Below are positions 8,689 through 18,313 of a stretch of 57,718 bases of DNA, one piece after another. The notes under the pieces were generated by a model. It saw nothing but the letters and a program-made list of their open reading frames with translations. It was not told the DNA's origin and searched no databases. The position numbers and the translations under genes were made by a program. The first letter of the stretch is position 1; every line of letters starts with the position of its first letter. The DNA is from a virus (Duplodnaviria > Caudoviricetes), in the IMG/VR virus record IMGVR_UViG_3300044674_004313, positions 1 to 57,718 of that record. One strand, 5' to 3'.

Positions 8689-10296
8689 CTAACGAGAGAT
8701 TAGCAACTGAGTTACTGCGGACACCGCAAGCTGAGGGGGGATCCTATCATGCTTATCCCTTAGGCTCTTAAGTATACTACGCTCATTCGCGTATTTGTAC
8801 CCGCCCCCACAGATATTGTGGTTCATAGCAGAGAATGTAGCGGGAGCCCAGGGCATGTGGGGTCTGCGATGATAGCCGTCAGAATCTGGGGCAGTCAACG
8901 CCGCTAGCTTACTGTGGCCCGCGTTCTCCGAAAGGTCTTGAATATGGGCAACATAGGCAGTGTAGGCCTGCACCGCGATCTTAACCATCTCAGGGCTACA
9001 GCTACTTGGGCGCGCCACCCTATATGCGGCAGTTTTAGTAGTAGTGGACTCGAGATGCGCACTCACCCACTCCTGCTTCATGGACCTGTAGGGTAGATAC
9101 CCAGATACTTTCTCTTCCACTTCGGGGTCTGGATCTTCCATGCCCGAAGGGGTAACGCCAGACTCCAGAACGCTTGAGGTTATCTCGGGGTACTTAGAGA
9201 ACAGCTTAAAGATGTCGCCCTGAAGAGCTACTAACTTCTCTGCTAATCCTGCTGGGGCAGGGGAGCCAGTAACCTTGTTGAATACTAGATCCATGAACTC
9301 AGGGGTGGCTAAGAATACTCCCATATCGCTAAGCGTAGAGAGAGTCTCAGCAAGCGGCTTTGAAGACATAGATTTAATATCTTCGGGGGATATCTCTCTA
9401 TGCTTCTTGCTAATCTTAGGCATTATTGTCTTTAGCCACTGAGAAGCTAAGTATTCTTGAGAGCTGGAGATGCTGGAGTCTTCCGGGGACTCTTCCCCGT
9501 GAGGAGCCTTAATCCCTACGCCAGTTACTAGCTTATCGATATCTGCAGCTTTGTTTAGGTAAGCTGCAATGGCTTCCATCGCAGAGGTTTTCTCCGCCAA
9601 GAGTGCAGAGGAGTCTCCGACTTCCCTCTCACTAGCTACTTTCTTTAGCATGTACCCTGTTTTATCGGCGGGGCGCCATACCACAGAGATGTCAAAGAAG
9701 TTAGGGTTAGGGTTGTCCGCCGCAACTATCCTACCATCTGGGTAGATGTCGTTTAGCTGGTGCTTGAGGTGCTTGCAGTAGCTAGCCCTACTGGGTGCCT
9801 TGTTGCCGCAGATAGAGCACACGTCGTATTTTATACGGCAACCCATGCTGACTGCCACAGGTCTACCAGAGTTTATTTTCTCTACTATGTCCGGGGCTTT
9901 ATCGTTGTCTATACGCAGGATTAGTTCTACCCGATGCATCTCGTCGTTGTAGAAGGCCTTCTCCACATCACCGTAGGACTTTGCTGGGTCCTTGTTAACG
10001 TGAGACTTGTACACCTTAGCGTTGGTCTCGAAAGTCTTATAGGTCTTCTTGAGCTCAGACTCCCGGAACGCATCACCGTTACGGTTAGGTCCGTAGAACT
10101 CACTGGCCCCCATAGCTAGGACTAGTATGTACGTACTATCATCCCGGGGCTGGATCGACGAAGACCATGCTGCTGCTTCAGATGCTAATTTCTGATGACC
10201 AGACCCACTAAGGTCCAGCAGCTGAGCGGTTGGCTCTAGGGTATGGCCGGATCTAAAGTACTCATCTAGCTCTATAATCTTATCAAAGCCGGCCAT
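8689..10296 (-). CDS. putative prohead (maturation) protease with a Zn-binding insertion
   Basis: NRNGDAF, SHVN (candidate catalytic His), VSMGC (candidate catalytic Ser), CSICGN...YCKH and FFDISVV..PAD match the layout of HK97/herpes-type prohead proteases. Lies upstream of the capsid gene. Confidence 0.7.
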   Translation of the reverse strand: MAGFDKIIELDEYFRSGHTLEPTAQLLDLSGSGHQKLASEAAAWSSSIQPRDDSTYILVLAMGASEFYGPNRNGDAFRESELKKTYKTFETNAKVYKSHVNKDPAKSYGDVEKAFYNDEMHRVELILRIDNDKAPDIVEKINSGRPVAVSMGCRIKYDVCSICGNKAPSRASYCKHLKHQLNDIYPDGRIVAADNPNPNFFDISVVWRPADKTGYMLKKVASEREVGDSSALLAEKTSAMEAIAAYLNKAADIDKLVTGVGIKAPHGEESPEDSSISSSQEYLASQWLKTIMPKISKKHREISPEDIKSMSSKPLAETLSTLSDMGVFLATPEFMDLVFNKVTGSPAPAGLAEKLVALQGDIFKLFSKYPEITSSVLESGVTPSGMEDPDPEVEEKVSGYLPYRSMKQEWVSAHLESTTTKTAAYRVARPSSCSPEMVKIAVQAYTAYVAHIQDLSENAGHSKLAALTAPDSDGYHRRPHMPWAPATFSAMNHNICGGGYKYANERSILKSLRDKHDRIPPQLAVSAVTQLLISR

Positions 10297-10305
10297 ACCT
10301 CACCC

Positions 10306-10872
10306 TTAACCAATCAGATCGTGAACTAAATCAGACACGTGCGCCGCGGATACGCCAGCTACCCTATAGAGGTAATCCGCACTCTCAGCTGTTTTTACGC
10401 CCTTAGAAGTCCTATTCAGCTTGCTGTTTAGCTCTAAGGCTGCGCATAGGCTAGATACCTTTTCAGAGTCAGAAGACTCCGATCCAGAAGCTAGCATCTT
10501 ACCCGCTAGCAAAGCCCCAACCGCAGCAGCTGCTGGAGTAATGTACTTCTTGACACCCTCCTCCGCTTTGTCCGACATACGATCAGCGGCCACTGCTGCG
10601 GGCACGGCCAAGCCTAGGCCCATCCCTAAGCCGGCTGCTCCTCCTCCCGCAAGTAGCTTTAGCATATCGCTATTCTTAGAAGACTTTATGGCGTCCAGCA
10701 CGGAACCACCTAGCTTCTGCAAGGTGTAAGTCAACTCCGTATCCGCAGCTGTTTTCTCTTCTAGGAGCAATCTGGCCCGTCTAGGTGGAGCTTGGGCAGC
10801 TAACTCGCCCAGGTAGCTTGCTTGCTTAGCCAAGCCTAGCAATCTAGGGTACGCGGCCATAACTTCACGCAC
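10306..10872 (-). CDS. putative internal virion protein with Gly-rich hydrophobic helices
   Basis: KQAS, KTAA and KTAE motifs; GGGAAGLGMGLGLAV segment. Confidence 0.65.
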   Translation of the reverse strand: MREVMAAYPRLLGLAKQASYLGELAAQAPPRRARLLLEEKTAADTELTYTLQKLGGSVLDAIKSSKNSDMLKLLAGGGAAGLGMGLGLAVPAAVAADRMSDKAEEGVKKYITPAAAAVGALLAGKMLASGSESSDSEKVSSLCAALELNSKLNRTSKGVKTAESADYLYRVAGVSAAHVSDLVHDLIG

Positions 10873-11092
10873 GACTCACCACCTCTTCCGTGCAAGCTAT
10901 ACCACTCTGGATGAGCTTGTTGATTCTACGCTGTAGAAAAGCTTTTTTGGCAATATACCCCACAGCGGAGTCCACCCCAAAGTCAGAAGCGTCGAGGCCC
11001 GCCCTATTAGCTGCCAGCTTGTGTAGCTGACCAGAGGAGTTAAGGTCCTTAACCTCTTGGGGGATGCTTGCTATCAGATCATCGTAGTTCAT
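10865..11092 (-). CDS. small hypothetical head-module protein (75 aa)
   Basis: Translationally coupled to neighbours; KLAA motif. Confidence 0.65.
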   Translation of the reverse strand: MNYDDLIASIPQEVKDLNSSGQLHKLAANRAGLDASDFGVDSAVGYIAKKAFLQRRINKLIQSGIACTEEVVSRA

Positions 11093-11718
11093 TAGTCTAA
11101 TCCTTTAAAGCTTTGCCCAGTTAGAGCGGCCTCCGCCCTAGCTAACTGCCCGAAAGTCAGGGGATCAATGCCCCCCTCGTGAGCTAGTCCCTGCCGCATA
11201 AAGCTGCGTACAGCCTCTTTGTGCTTAGACATATTAGGCGCTATTTTAGTCATGGAGTCAAACAAGTTAGCCACTTGAGTGGAGTCCGCCTGAGATATTA
11301 CCTCATCACTCCGAAGTAAGTCTTTCAAGACAGCTCTGTGCTTGGGTGCGTTTATTCGCTTACGAATAGCTCCGACAGCTTTGTCCTTAAACTCTTCACC
11401 AATGTCTGCTGTTAGGTTAGCTAGGCTGCCTACCATCTTATTGGCAAACATCTCGTCTGCGCGTATACGTGCGGACAGCCCGCTCAAGCCCGAGTTGACA
11501 AAGCGATTTACTCTATAAGAAGTGGTGTCTGCTACACCAGCGGCGGGCACAGCAACGCTCAGAAGGCCTAAACCCTTGAGTCCTCCGATAACGCCCCCGC
11601 CTCCGCTGCCAGCAAGCATGGAAGCTCCCACAGCAGCAGCGCCAGGCGAGATAGCTTCCTTCTTCATCAGAGGAGCCTTAGAGTCCCAAGCAGCTAGCTT
11701 TTCTTCAAAATTAGACAT
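11092..11718 (-). CDS. putative internal virion protein (208 aa)
   Basis: KLAA and KEAI motifs followed by a Gly-rich hydrophobic segment. Confidence 0.65.
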   Translation of the reverse strand: MSNFEEKLAAWDSKAPLMKKEAISPGAAAVGASMLAGSGGGGVIGGLKGLGLLSVAVPAAGVADTTSYRVNRFVNSGLSGLSARIRADEMFANKMVGSLANLTADIGEEFKDKAVGAIRKRINAPKHRAVLKDLLRSDEVISQADSTQVANLFDSMTKIAPNMSKHKEAVRSFMRQGLAHEGGIDPLTFGQLARAEAALTGQSFKGLD

Positions 11719-12550
11719 CTGCCAGCCGCCCCTCTACAGACTTGAGAGCCTGCACTAAGTTTTTGTAATCCTCAAACACCTCTGAGATGGAGCTGAGTTT
11801 TTTCATATCTGGGGTAACAGACTCCACTAGGTGCCGCTCTCCGGCGTACCGTAGTTCTTTTGGAGACAGCTCTCTAGCGATCTTAGAGTGTCCGAGCTTG
11901 GACCTAACCAACTGAATAGCAGGCAGCACCTCATTACCCCACTTGGATACAGAGTCCGCCTCTAGGCTGGCTAGCTTTTGGCGGGAGTAGATACCTCTGT
12001 AGGAGGCTGCTAGCTCATCAGCCATATCGTTAGCCCGTATATCACAGTCAGCTATTTTGTCTAAGAGGCTGTCCTTAGCCTTTAAGAGGCTAAATCGGTC
12101 TAGCTGGTATTCACTGCGCTTCATGAAGAACGGCTCCATACCAAAGCTGGCAACCTTTTCTTCCGGCTCTGAGGTACCTTTAGTCTCGTCAGCCACGTCA
12201 TCAAAGAAGATGCTCTTATCCGCTGACGAGCTAGGTAGCTTACCCATAGTCATGGTTATAGATACCGACTTCGAGTTCGTACCTGGACCAGTAGAGTAGT
12301 AGCGCTTTATCACTACCTCAGGATCTGCAACCTTGAACTTGACTACCCGATCTTCGCTTGGAGCGTCTTTAAACAAGCGGAGGAAAGTAGAGGTGTTAGC
12401 CATCTCCACTAAGCGCCTGATCTGCTCTGCGTTTAGGGAGCGGTCCTTAGCCATGTTAAGGATTGAATCCTCAAGGGGGCTACCCCCCATAAACATGTCT
12501 ACTAGGCTGAAAGCCATCTTTTCAAGGTCATACCTGGATACTGCGGCCAT
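11711..12550 (-). CDS. hypothetical head-module protein (279 aa)
   Basis: KMAF, KVAS, KIAD, KLAS and KIAR motifs. Confidence 0.7.
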   Translation of the reverse strand: MAAVSRYDLEKMAFSLVDMFMGGSPLEDSILNMAKDRSLNAEQIRRLVEMANTSTFLRLFKDAPSEDRVVKFKVADPEVVIKRYYSTGPGTNSKSVSITMTMGKLPSSSADKSIFFDDVADETKGTSEPEEKVASFGMEPFFMKRSEYQLDRFSLLKAKDSLLDKIADCDIRANDMADELAASYRGIYSRQKLASLEADSVSKWGNEVLPAIQLVRSKLGHSKIARELSPKELRYAGERHLVESVTPDMKKLSSISEVFEDYKNLVQALKSVEGRLADV

Positions 12551-12552
12551 GC

Positions 12553-13278
12553 TTACCCCACTATTTCACAGTCAGCATCTTCTAGCGAAGTAGTCTCTGA
12601 CTTCTGTATAAGTTTAATGCGTATTTCCTTAGTGTCATCTGCTTGAGCTAGCGCTCGCTTACGTTTGTCTTCAATAGACTTAATGACCGTGGGTATCCAG
12701 GCGCGAGCCTGGGATGTATTGTTGGAATCTGGAGCAAACATTCTATGCTCCCTACTGCGCCAATAGGCATCTTCAGCTATAGCCTCTAAACTCTTCTCAC
12801 TGTCTAGTATGCTTGCAACCTGCTTCAGGCTCATCTTCCAGATTATGTAATCCGGGCCCAGGGACATAGCCCAACTGCATAGCTCCTTGTAGAGGATCTC
12901 ATCCCGGCTGGAGGCCGGAAGCTGCCTAACGTAGGCCAGTTTAAGTAGCCTGTTACGGAAGACAGAGCAGTCAAAGAACAACCGGGAGAAAGCCATGACC
13001 GTCTCTTCGGTGTCCTCTACTGCTTCAGCTATATAGTGCACCGGGGCGTCAGCTAGTAGCATGGAACACAGTACAGCCCTACACGAGGGCAGGGTGTACA
13101 AGGTGTAGGCCGCGGATACGGAGTCACTATGTGCTGATTCTCCAGTAATAAAGTTGTAGAAGTCTACCTCTTCCGGGCCCATATCGGGGCCTACGCTGCC
13201 GGACATAGCAGCTAGTCTAACTCTGTTGCACCTCCACGAGGGGCTAAGAGTCTTTTCCGGAAGAGGTAGGGCAATCAT
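12553..13278 (-). CDS. hypothetical protein (241 aa)
   Basis: ATGA overlap with the upstream gene. Confidence 0.65.
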   Translation of the reverse strand: MIALPLPEKTLSPSWRCNRVRLAAMSGSVGPDMGPEEVDFYNFITGESAHSDSVSAAYTLYTLPSCRAVLCSMLLADAPVHYIAEAVEDTEETVMAFSRLFFDCSVFRNRLLKLAYVRQLPASSRDEILYKELCSWAMSLGPDYIIWKMSLKQVASILDSEKSLEAIAEDAYWRSREHRMFAPDSNNTSQARAWIPTVIKSIEDKRKRALAQADDTKEIRIKLIQKSETTSLEDADCEIVG

Positions 13279-15446
13279 ACAAGGCTTTCTGGGAGGCTCT
13301 GTAGATTTCGCTGTTTGTGTACCGAAAGAATAATAGAACCTAGGCCAGAAAGAGTAGTCCGGAGATTGTCCTCTAGCTCAGAGTAATCATCTGGCCCTAG
13401 CTGAGATACTAGCTCATTCGACCTCATCTGCACAGATACTAGAATCCGGGCTACGCTATCGAGAGCTTTCTCCACGTTAGGCAGCTCGTTGGAGATCGCC
13501 TCATTGAGGGGGTTCATCTGGGTAAGCGCCCCTAGGGTGGCTGCGTCGAACATACCCTTATCGCCTAGGCCAGCTGCGGCCTCCATAGACATAGCTGTTT
13601 CCTGCGGCATGCCCGGAGGCGGCATAGCTCCAGGAGGAGGAGGAGGAGGCATAGCTCCAGGAGGAGGCATAGCTCCGGGAGGAGGCATAGCTCCGGGAGG
13701 AGGCATAGCTCCGGGAGGAGGCATAGCTCCGGGAGGAGGCATAGCTCCGGGAGGAGGCATAGCTCCGGGAGGAGGCATAGCTGGCTCGGGGCCAAAGATG
13801 CTAGCTACTTTCTCTGCAGGTACCACAGAGTAAACAAAGCTCTGTCCTTTGGATAGGTTACGAGCACTCTTGTTTAGCAGGTTAGCGTTAACCGAGTGTG
13901 TGATAGCAGCATGCTTGACCAGACTAGAATAAGAATCCTGCTGCTTCCCGTCTAGAGACCACGAGCCATCAAGCGTTCTGGTTACCCTGAAGTGGTCTTC
14001 AGCATAAGAAGCTACTTTATGATTAAGAGCTTTTAGGTGGCCCTCTGGGCTCCCCACTAGGCCGTCTAGGTAAGATGCTGGCCGTGGCTTAGACCTCATG
14101 GACTGATAGGAGTAGGGGATATAAAGCACGTCCCCCACTTTCTTGGGTACGTTTACGCCCTTACTACTAGTTATGACTACCCTAGTCATGCCCGACATGC
14201 CCTCATAGTGGCCCTTAGAGACCTCAGTGAGCCCCGATAGCGGGCGGGGTAGTAGCGCTGCGTTAGCTACCTGACCCCCCTGCATCTTTACGAACAAAGT
14301 ATCCCCGTTCTTAGGAGCATTGTCTCCACTGGGCAGCTTGCTACCCAATACATCTTGGGCAGTTGAGGCCAAGCGCATACCGTGCATGTTTTTACGGTAC
14401 GGATCCAGGCAGCAGCATCCCGCATGGACTAGACTGTGGCTACCATCTTTATGGAGCAGTAGATACCTGGGGTGCTTACTGGAGCCAGCGGTCACAGAGT
14501 CAGACTTATCGGAGTCCCCGCGGTTGAAGATACCAACCCCAGTGTCCACCGGCCGGGATATAACAATGGCCGGTTCTGACTTACCATCACGGCTAAGCAG
14601 GTTATACACCCCATTAGTAAGTTCTTCCACTCCAGTAGACACCTGAGAGTTTACTAAGCTCTCCTGCCTGAGGGGTACAGCGGCTTCTTTCCTTAGATCA
14701 CGGATGGCCACTCCCGAGTCACACGCAGCCTTATACGCAAGCTTAGCATCCCGCCCAAAGACTTCCCTAAACTTGGCCACGCCGGAGTCTGGATCAAGCA
14801 CGTAGACCGCTGGGGCCTTATCGCTAGCTACTTTCGTATTAAGAGGCCTAAGCACCTCAACGAAGTCGGGGCCGTAGTACTTGATTGCTGCCCTACGATA
14901 TGCCGAGCTCTTCTTAAATACTGATAGGATCTCAGCTTTGCTCTCGTCCGAAGAGGCCTCAATAGCGTCTAGTAAGCTATCGTGGCTAGCATATACGAAC
15001 CTTCCAGTGGTTGGGGGGAGGGTGACCGCCCGGATATCCATGTCTTTAGACAAAGACTTTGGACCTTTGGTCCCCGCTCCTATATCAGGACCGGTAGGCT
15101 TGCTAGCTTCTGTAATCCAATCGTCAGACAGGGGCATATAAGTAGCTGATTCCGGAGAGTAAAAAACTTCCGGAGGAACAACTTTCCCCTCAGACATCAG
15201 TACCGGGACAGTTATGCTCTTACCTCCGGTGCCGATGGAGAAGGCCCCCACCCCTCGGTTGCCTTCCAGATCGACCTTTATTACTTTGAAGGACTGTATT
15301 GCAGGCACCAGATTGGGCATCTTGCTCTCTAGCATAGAGTAGGCCATCTGGCTGAACAGCTCTTTAAGCTGAGCTTCTTCAGGGGAGTTAGCTCCGGCAT
15401 CTGCGGACATCATAGTCTTTGGGGAAATAGCAGCTAGCTTAATCAT
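13275..15446 (-). CDS. large head-module protein with PPPGAM repeat tract (723 aa)
   Basis: Long coupled ORF with several KVAS/KLAA motifs. Confidence 0.75.
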   Translation of the reverse strand: MIKLAAISPKTMMSADAGANSPEEAQLKELFSQMAYSMLESKMPNLVPAIQSFKVIKVDLEGNRGVGAFSIGTGGKSITVPVLMSEGKVVPPEVFYSPESATYMPLSDDWITEASKPTGPDIGAGTKGPKSLSKDMDIRAVTLPPTTGRFVYASHDSLLDAIEASSDESKAEILSVFKKSSAYRRAAIKYYGPDFVEVLRPLNTKVASDKAPAVYVLDPDSGVAKFREVFGRDAKLAYKAACDSGVAIRDLRKEAAVPLRQESLVNSQVSTGVEELTNGVYNLLSRDGKSEPAIVISRPVDTGVGIFNRGDSDKSDSVTAGSSKHPRYLLLHKDGSHSLVHAGCCCLDPYRKNMHGMRLASTAQDVLGSKLPSGDNAPKNGDTLFVKMQGGQVANAALLPRPLSGLTEVSKGHYEGMSGMTRVVITSSKGVNVPKKVGDVLYIPYSYQSMRSKPRPASYLDGLVGSPEGHLKALNHKVASYAEDHFRVTRTLDGSWSLDGKQQDSYSSLVKHAAITHSVNANLLNKSARNLSKGQSFVYSVVPAEKVASIFGPEPAMPPPGAMPPPGAMPPPGAMPPPGAMPPPGAMPPPGAMPPPGAMPPPPPPGAMPPPGMPQETAMSMEAAAGLGDKGMFDAATLGALTQMNPLNEAISNELPNVEKALDSVARILVSVQMRSNELVSQLGPDDYSELEDNLRTTLSGLGSIILSVHKQRNLQSLPESLV
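13609..13782 (-). repeat. 18-nt coding tandem repeat (PPPGAM)n
   Basis: GGAGGCATAGCTCCGGGA repeated about 8 times. Confidence 0.95.
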
Positions 15447-16063
15447 GACTTTCCTTCAGTGTTTAGCAGGGTCCTAACAGCTAGAGCTGTGCCTGGAGCA
15501 GTTAAATCGTGTAATGAGTGTGACGCTACACTCGGCAGCATGTTTATCGCTGTCCTAATTTTAGTGGGAGACTTATGGACTGCGTGTGCGGATGCCGCCA
15601 GTTCCTCAAACAAGTTGGGAGCTGCCGCTAGTCCTGTGCCCGCCGCTAGAGCTGCCAGGGCTTTATTTTTAGTATCCAGCTCCATCTTTTTGTTAGCTGC
15701 TATTACTAGACTGATAGGCATGGCTAAAACGTTACCCAGCCTAACGGCAGCTTTACTCCCCTTAAGAAGGGACTTATAGCCCTCTGTGGCTTCAGCTAAT
15801 CTGTGAGCGTGACCCATCTCGTGGGCTAGTACATGTGGGTTAGCGGAAGCTAAGCCTAAAGCGTTTCTATCGAAGTCATAGAACGCCCCACCTTTGGACT
15901 TACCAAGACGAGTGGCCTCCATAGCTGGATTTTTCTTTAGGTAGGAGCTGGCTATCCTCTTAATGAGGTCTGCTCGACCCTCTGGGTCCCGCATAGCAGC
16001 TACAAAAGTCCTGGCACCTGACTCGGTAGCCAGATCTTTAAGAGATAGCCCTGCTCCCGCCAT
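15443..16063 (-). CDS. putative zinc metallopeptidase (HExxH) with hydrophobic helices
   Basis: VLAHEMGHAH plus downstream FEELAASAHA, which supplies a candidate third ligand. Confidence 0.65.
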   Translation of the reverse strand: MAGAGLSLKDLATESGARTFVAAMRDPEGRADLIKRIASSYLKKNPAMEATRLGKSKGGAFYDFDRNALGLASANPHVLAHEMGHAHRLAEATEGYKSLLKGSKAAVRLGNVLAMPISLVIAANKKMELDTKNKALAALAAGTGLAAAPNLFEELAASAHAVHKSPTKIRTAINMLPSVASHSLHDLTAPGTALAVRTLLNTEGKS

Positions 16064-16066
16064 AAA

Positions 16067-16423
16067 TCACCCCATAGCTCCCGGAGGAGGCATAGCTCCC
16101 GGAGGAGGCATAGCTCCCGGAGGAGGCATAGCTCCCGGAGGAGGCATAGCTCCCGGAGGAGGCATAGCTCCCGGAGGAGGCATACCGCCTGCTTGCTGCT
16201 GATACTGCTGTAGTAGCGCAGTCAAGACCTCTAGGATCTTCAGCATAGAGTCTAGGTCCTGCTGCTGGACGAACTGCCCTACTGCCTGCACCTCAGCTGG
16301 ATTTGCATTAGCTGCAATCTGGGCTCCTTGAGCCACCTTCTGAAAAGGCACGTCAGGCAGAAGACCCCCGTCCTGGAAGGCCTTAGCGGCGCCCATAATG
16401 TACGCGGTCTTCATAGAGCTCAT
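16067..16423 (-). CDS. Gln/Pro-rich small head-module protein ending in (PPPGAM)6
   Basis: ORF within the operon; KTAY and KVAQ motifs. Confidence 0.7.
   Translation of the reverse strand: MSSMKTAYIMGAAKAFQDGGLLPDVPFQKVAQGAQIAANANPAEVQAVGQFVQQQDLDSMLKILEVLTALLQQYQQQAGGMPPPGAMPPPGAMPPPGAMPPPGAMPPPGAMPPPGAMG
16073..16183 (-). repeat. 18-nt perfect coding tandem repeat (PPPGAM)6
   Basis: CATAGCTCCCGGAGGAGG x6. Confidence 0.95.
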
Positions 16424-16424
16424 A

Positions 16425-17597
16425 TTAGACGCCCAGCCCTAACTGACGTAGGATGTAAGCCGCCTCTTTCTCGGAGTCGTCTTTATCCTCGTCGTCGTCT
16501 TTCTTGCCCTCTTCTTTTTTCATCAGGGCTTTACGGAGCCCTTCAGGCATGCCTTTGTACTTATCCTCGTCGTCTTTGTCGTCCTTATCCTCGGACCCCT
16601 CTTCCATCGCTAGCTTGATCCTAGAGATGTACTCTGCACGCTCCGGGGTGGACATGCCCATCATGGTTCGGAGAGCAGCCAGCTTTTCCTGCTGGTTGAG
16701 GCCGTAAGGAAGGAACGCACCAACCTCTTCAGCGGTCTTAGCTAGGAGGTAGTTGTAGGCTGCCTGCTTGGGGAGCTTCTCGCCCTTAGGATCACCAGCA
16801 ACCTCAACGTCGTGCCCCTCGTCGGGGTGTACCTTCTTAGCAATACCCTGATCGCCACCCATGTTAGCGTAGCCTTCTTCCCGGCCGTCATTCTCTTTAT
16901 TCTTCTTGTAGTCTCCACCTAGAGCCGAAGCATCGTCGTCCATGGCAGCGTCTTCAGAAAGCTTACGCAGGATGGCAGCAGCCGTCTTAGCATCGAGGTT
17001 GACGCCCTCTGTTAGTGGCTTGAGAGCAACCTCGTGACCGACGTTGCCCTTAGCATCGTGCTTAGGACCCTTCTTACCATTTAGGTGAGCGAAGTCGTCC
17101 TTCTTACCGTCATGCTCTTTATCGCCCTTTTTGCCGTTGAGTCCAGCACCGCCCAGTGCAGACGCATCGGGGTTGTTAGCCGCAGAATTAGCAGCCTTGA
17201 GGTGGGCTACTACCATGCGGGCAGCCTCTTCATCCCCGATGCCTGCGTCAGATGCAGCCTCCAGAGCCTGGGCAGCCTCTAGAAGGGCAGCAGCTTGGCT
17301 TGAAGACGCCTCAGCCGCATCGCTAAGCGCATCAGAAGCTTCCTCAGCAGGGCCCTCATCCCCCATAAGAGCCATAGCCTGCTTAGGATCCAGGCTGAGC
17401 TCCGCTCTCTTGACCATAGAAGACATAGCGGAGGCCAGGTGATCCTCGGTGAGAGTCTCCATGCTATCCGGGATATAAAGCGCTGCTAGCTTAACCGCTA
17501 GATCCGCATGCCCCTCCGACTCATAGGACTCCATGGCTCCAGAGGATACCAGTGCATTCTGTGCGCCTCTAACGTAAGCAAATTTAAATAGCGACAT
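16425..17597 (-). CDS. scaffold-like/internal head protein (390 aa), highly charged
   Basis: About 10 K-x-A motifs, D/E/K-rich tracts, internal DASALGG duplication, GGAG RBS. Confidence 0.7.
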   Translation of the reverse strand: MSLFKFAYVRGAQNALVSSGAMESYESEGHADLAVKLAALYIPDSMETLTEDHLASAMSSMVKRAELSLDPKQAMALMGDEGPAEEASDALSDAAEASSSQAAALLEAAQALEAASDAGIGDEEAARMVVAHLKAANSAANNPDASALGGAGLNGKKGDKEHDGKKDDFAHLNGKKGPKHDAKGNVGHEVALKPLTEGVNLDAKTAAAILRKLSEDAAMDDDASALGGDYKKNKENDGREEGYANMGGDQGIAKKVHPDEGHDVEVAGDPKGEKLPKQAAYNYLLAKTAEEVGAFLPYGLNQQEKLAALRTMMGMSTPERAEYISRIKLAMEEGSEDKDDKDDEDKYKGMPEGLRKALMKKEEGKKDDDEDKDDSEKEAAYILRQLGLGV

Positions 17598-17623
17598 TTA
17601 CGATCTCCGTAGTTTAAGTCTGT

Positions 17624-18313
17624 TCAAGTATAACTTTTAGGGACTGCAGCGTCCATGACTATATTATTAGCTGGTTCAGGCTTGGACTCCAATAGTTTAC
17701 CGATGGAGGAGCCGAGGTCTCCACCAAAGTGTGAGCCCAATATACTACCCCCCAAGCCAAAGGGAGCAGCCCCAAGGAAGCCTAACCCGCTGCCCAGGGC
17801 CCTTCCGACCCCGCTTAGGCCACCTTCTTCCAAGGAAGGATCCATGCCTTGTGCGGATAGCGCTCCGGCTATGGGGAATCCCAACCCGAACCCCAGGTTG
17901 ACTCCCTGACCGGGTAGGCCTTTAGCTAGCTGCTTGAGGTCTTGGCCCAGAGTAGCCTCGGACGGATCCACGGCTTTACCACGCAGCCGGCTCCCAGTAC
18001 GCCTTAGAGACTGCCTTAAAGGCTCCGTCATGGCTAAGTCCCCCAAAAGAACTCCACCGGGGCCGAGCAAGCCTCCTTGTGCGTAGCGGGCCTTGACCAC
18101 CTCGGGGGCTGCGGTACTCCCAATAAGGGCTTTCCTCAGGCCGGAGCCTCCTTGTTTAGCTTCCTCAGTTACCCTACCTGCCTCAGAAACATACTTCCTG
18201 AGGACCGCCAGCTCTTTTTTACTTAGAGTGTGCTTCAGGCCAGCGTCCCCTATAGCCGCCCGCTCGGCAGCAGCCAGGCTTCTGGAGATGGCTCGTAGTA
18301 ATCTAGATGACAT
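17624..18313 (-). CDS. glycine-zipper-like putative membrane-active virion protein
   Basis: C-terminal GxxxG repeats (GRALGSGLGFLG...GSILGSHFGGDLGSSIG). Confidence 0.6.
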   Translation of the reverse strand: MSSRLLRAISRSLAAAERAAIGDAGLKHTLSKKELAVLRKYVSEAGRVTEEAKQGGSGLRKALIGSTAAPEVVKARYAQGGLLGPGGVLLGDLAMTEPLRQSLRRTGSRLRGKAVDPSEATLGQDLKQLAKGLPGQGVNLGFGLGFPIAGALSAQGMDPSLEEGGLSGVGRALGSGLGFLGAAPFGLGGSILGSHFGGDLGSSIGKLLESKPEPANNIVMDAAVPKSYT

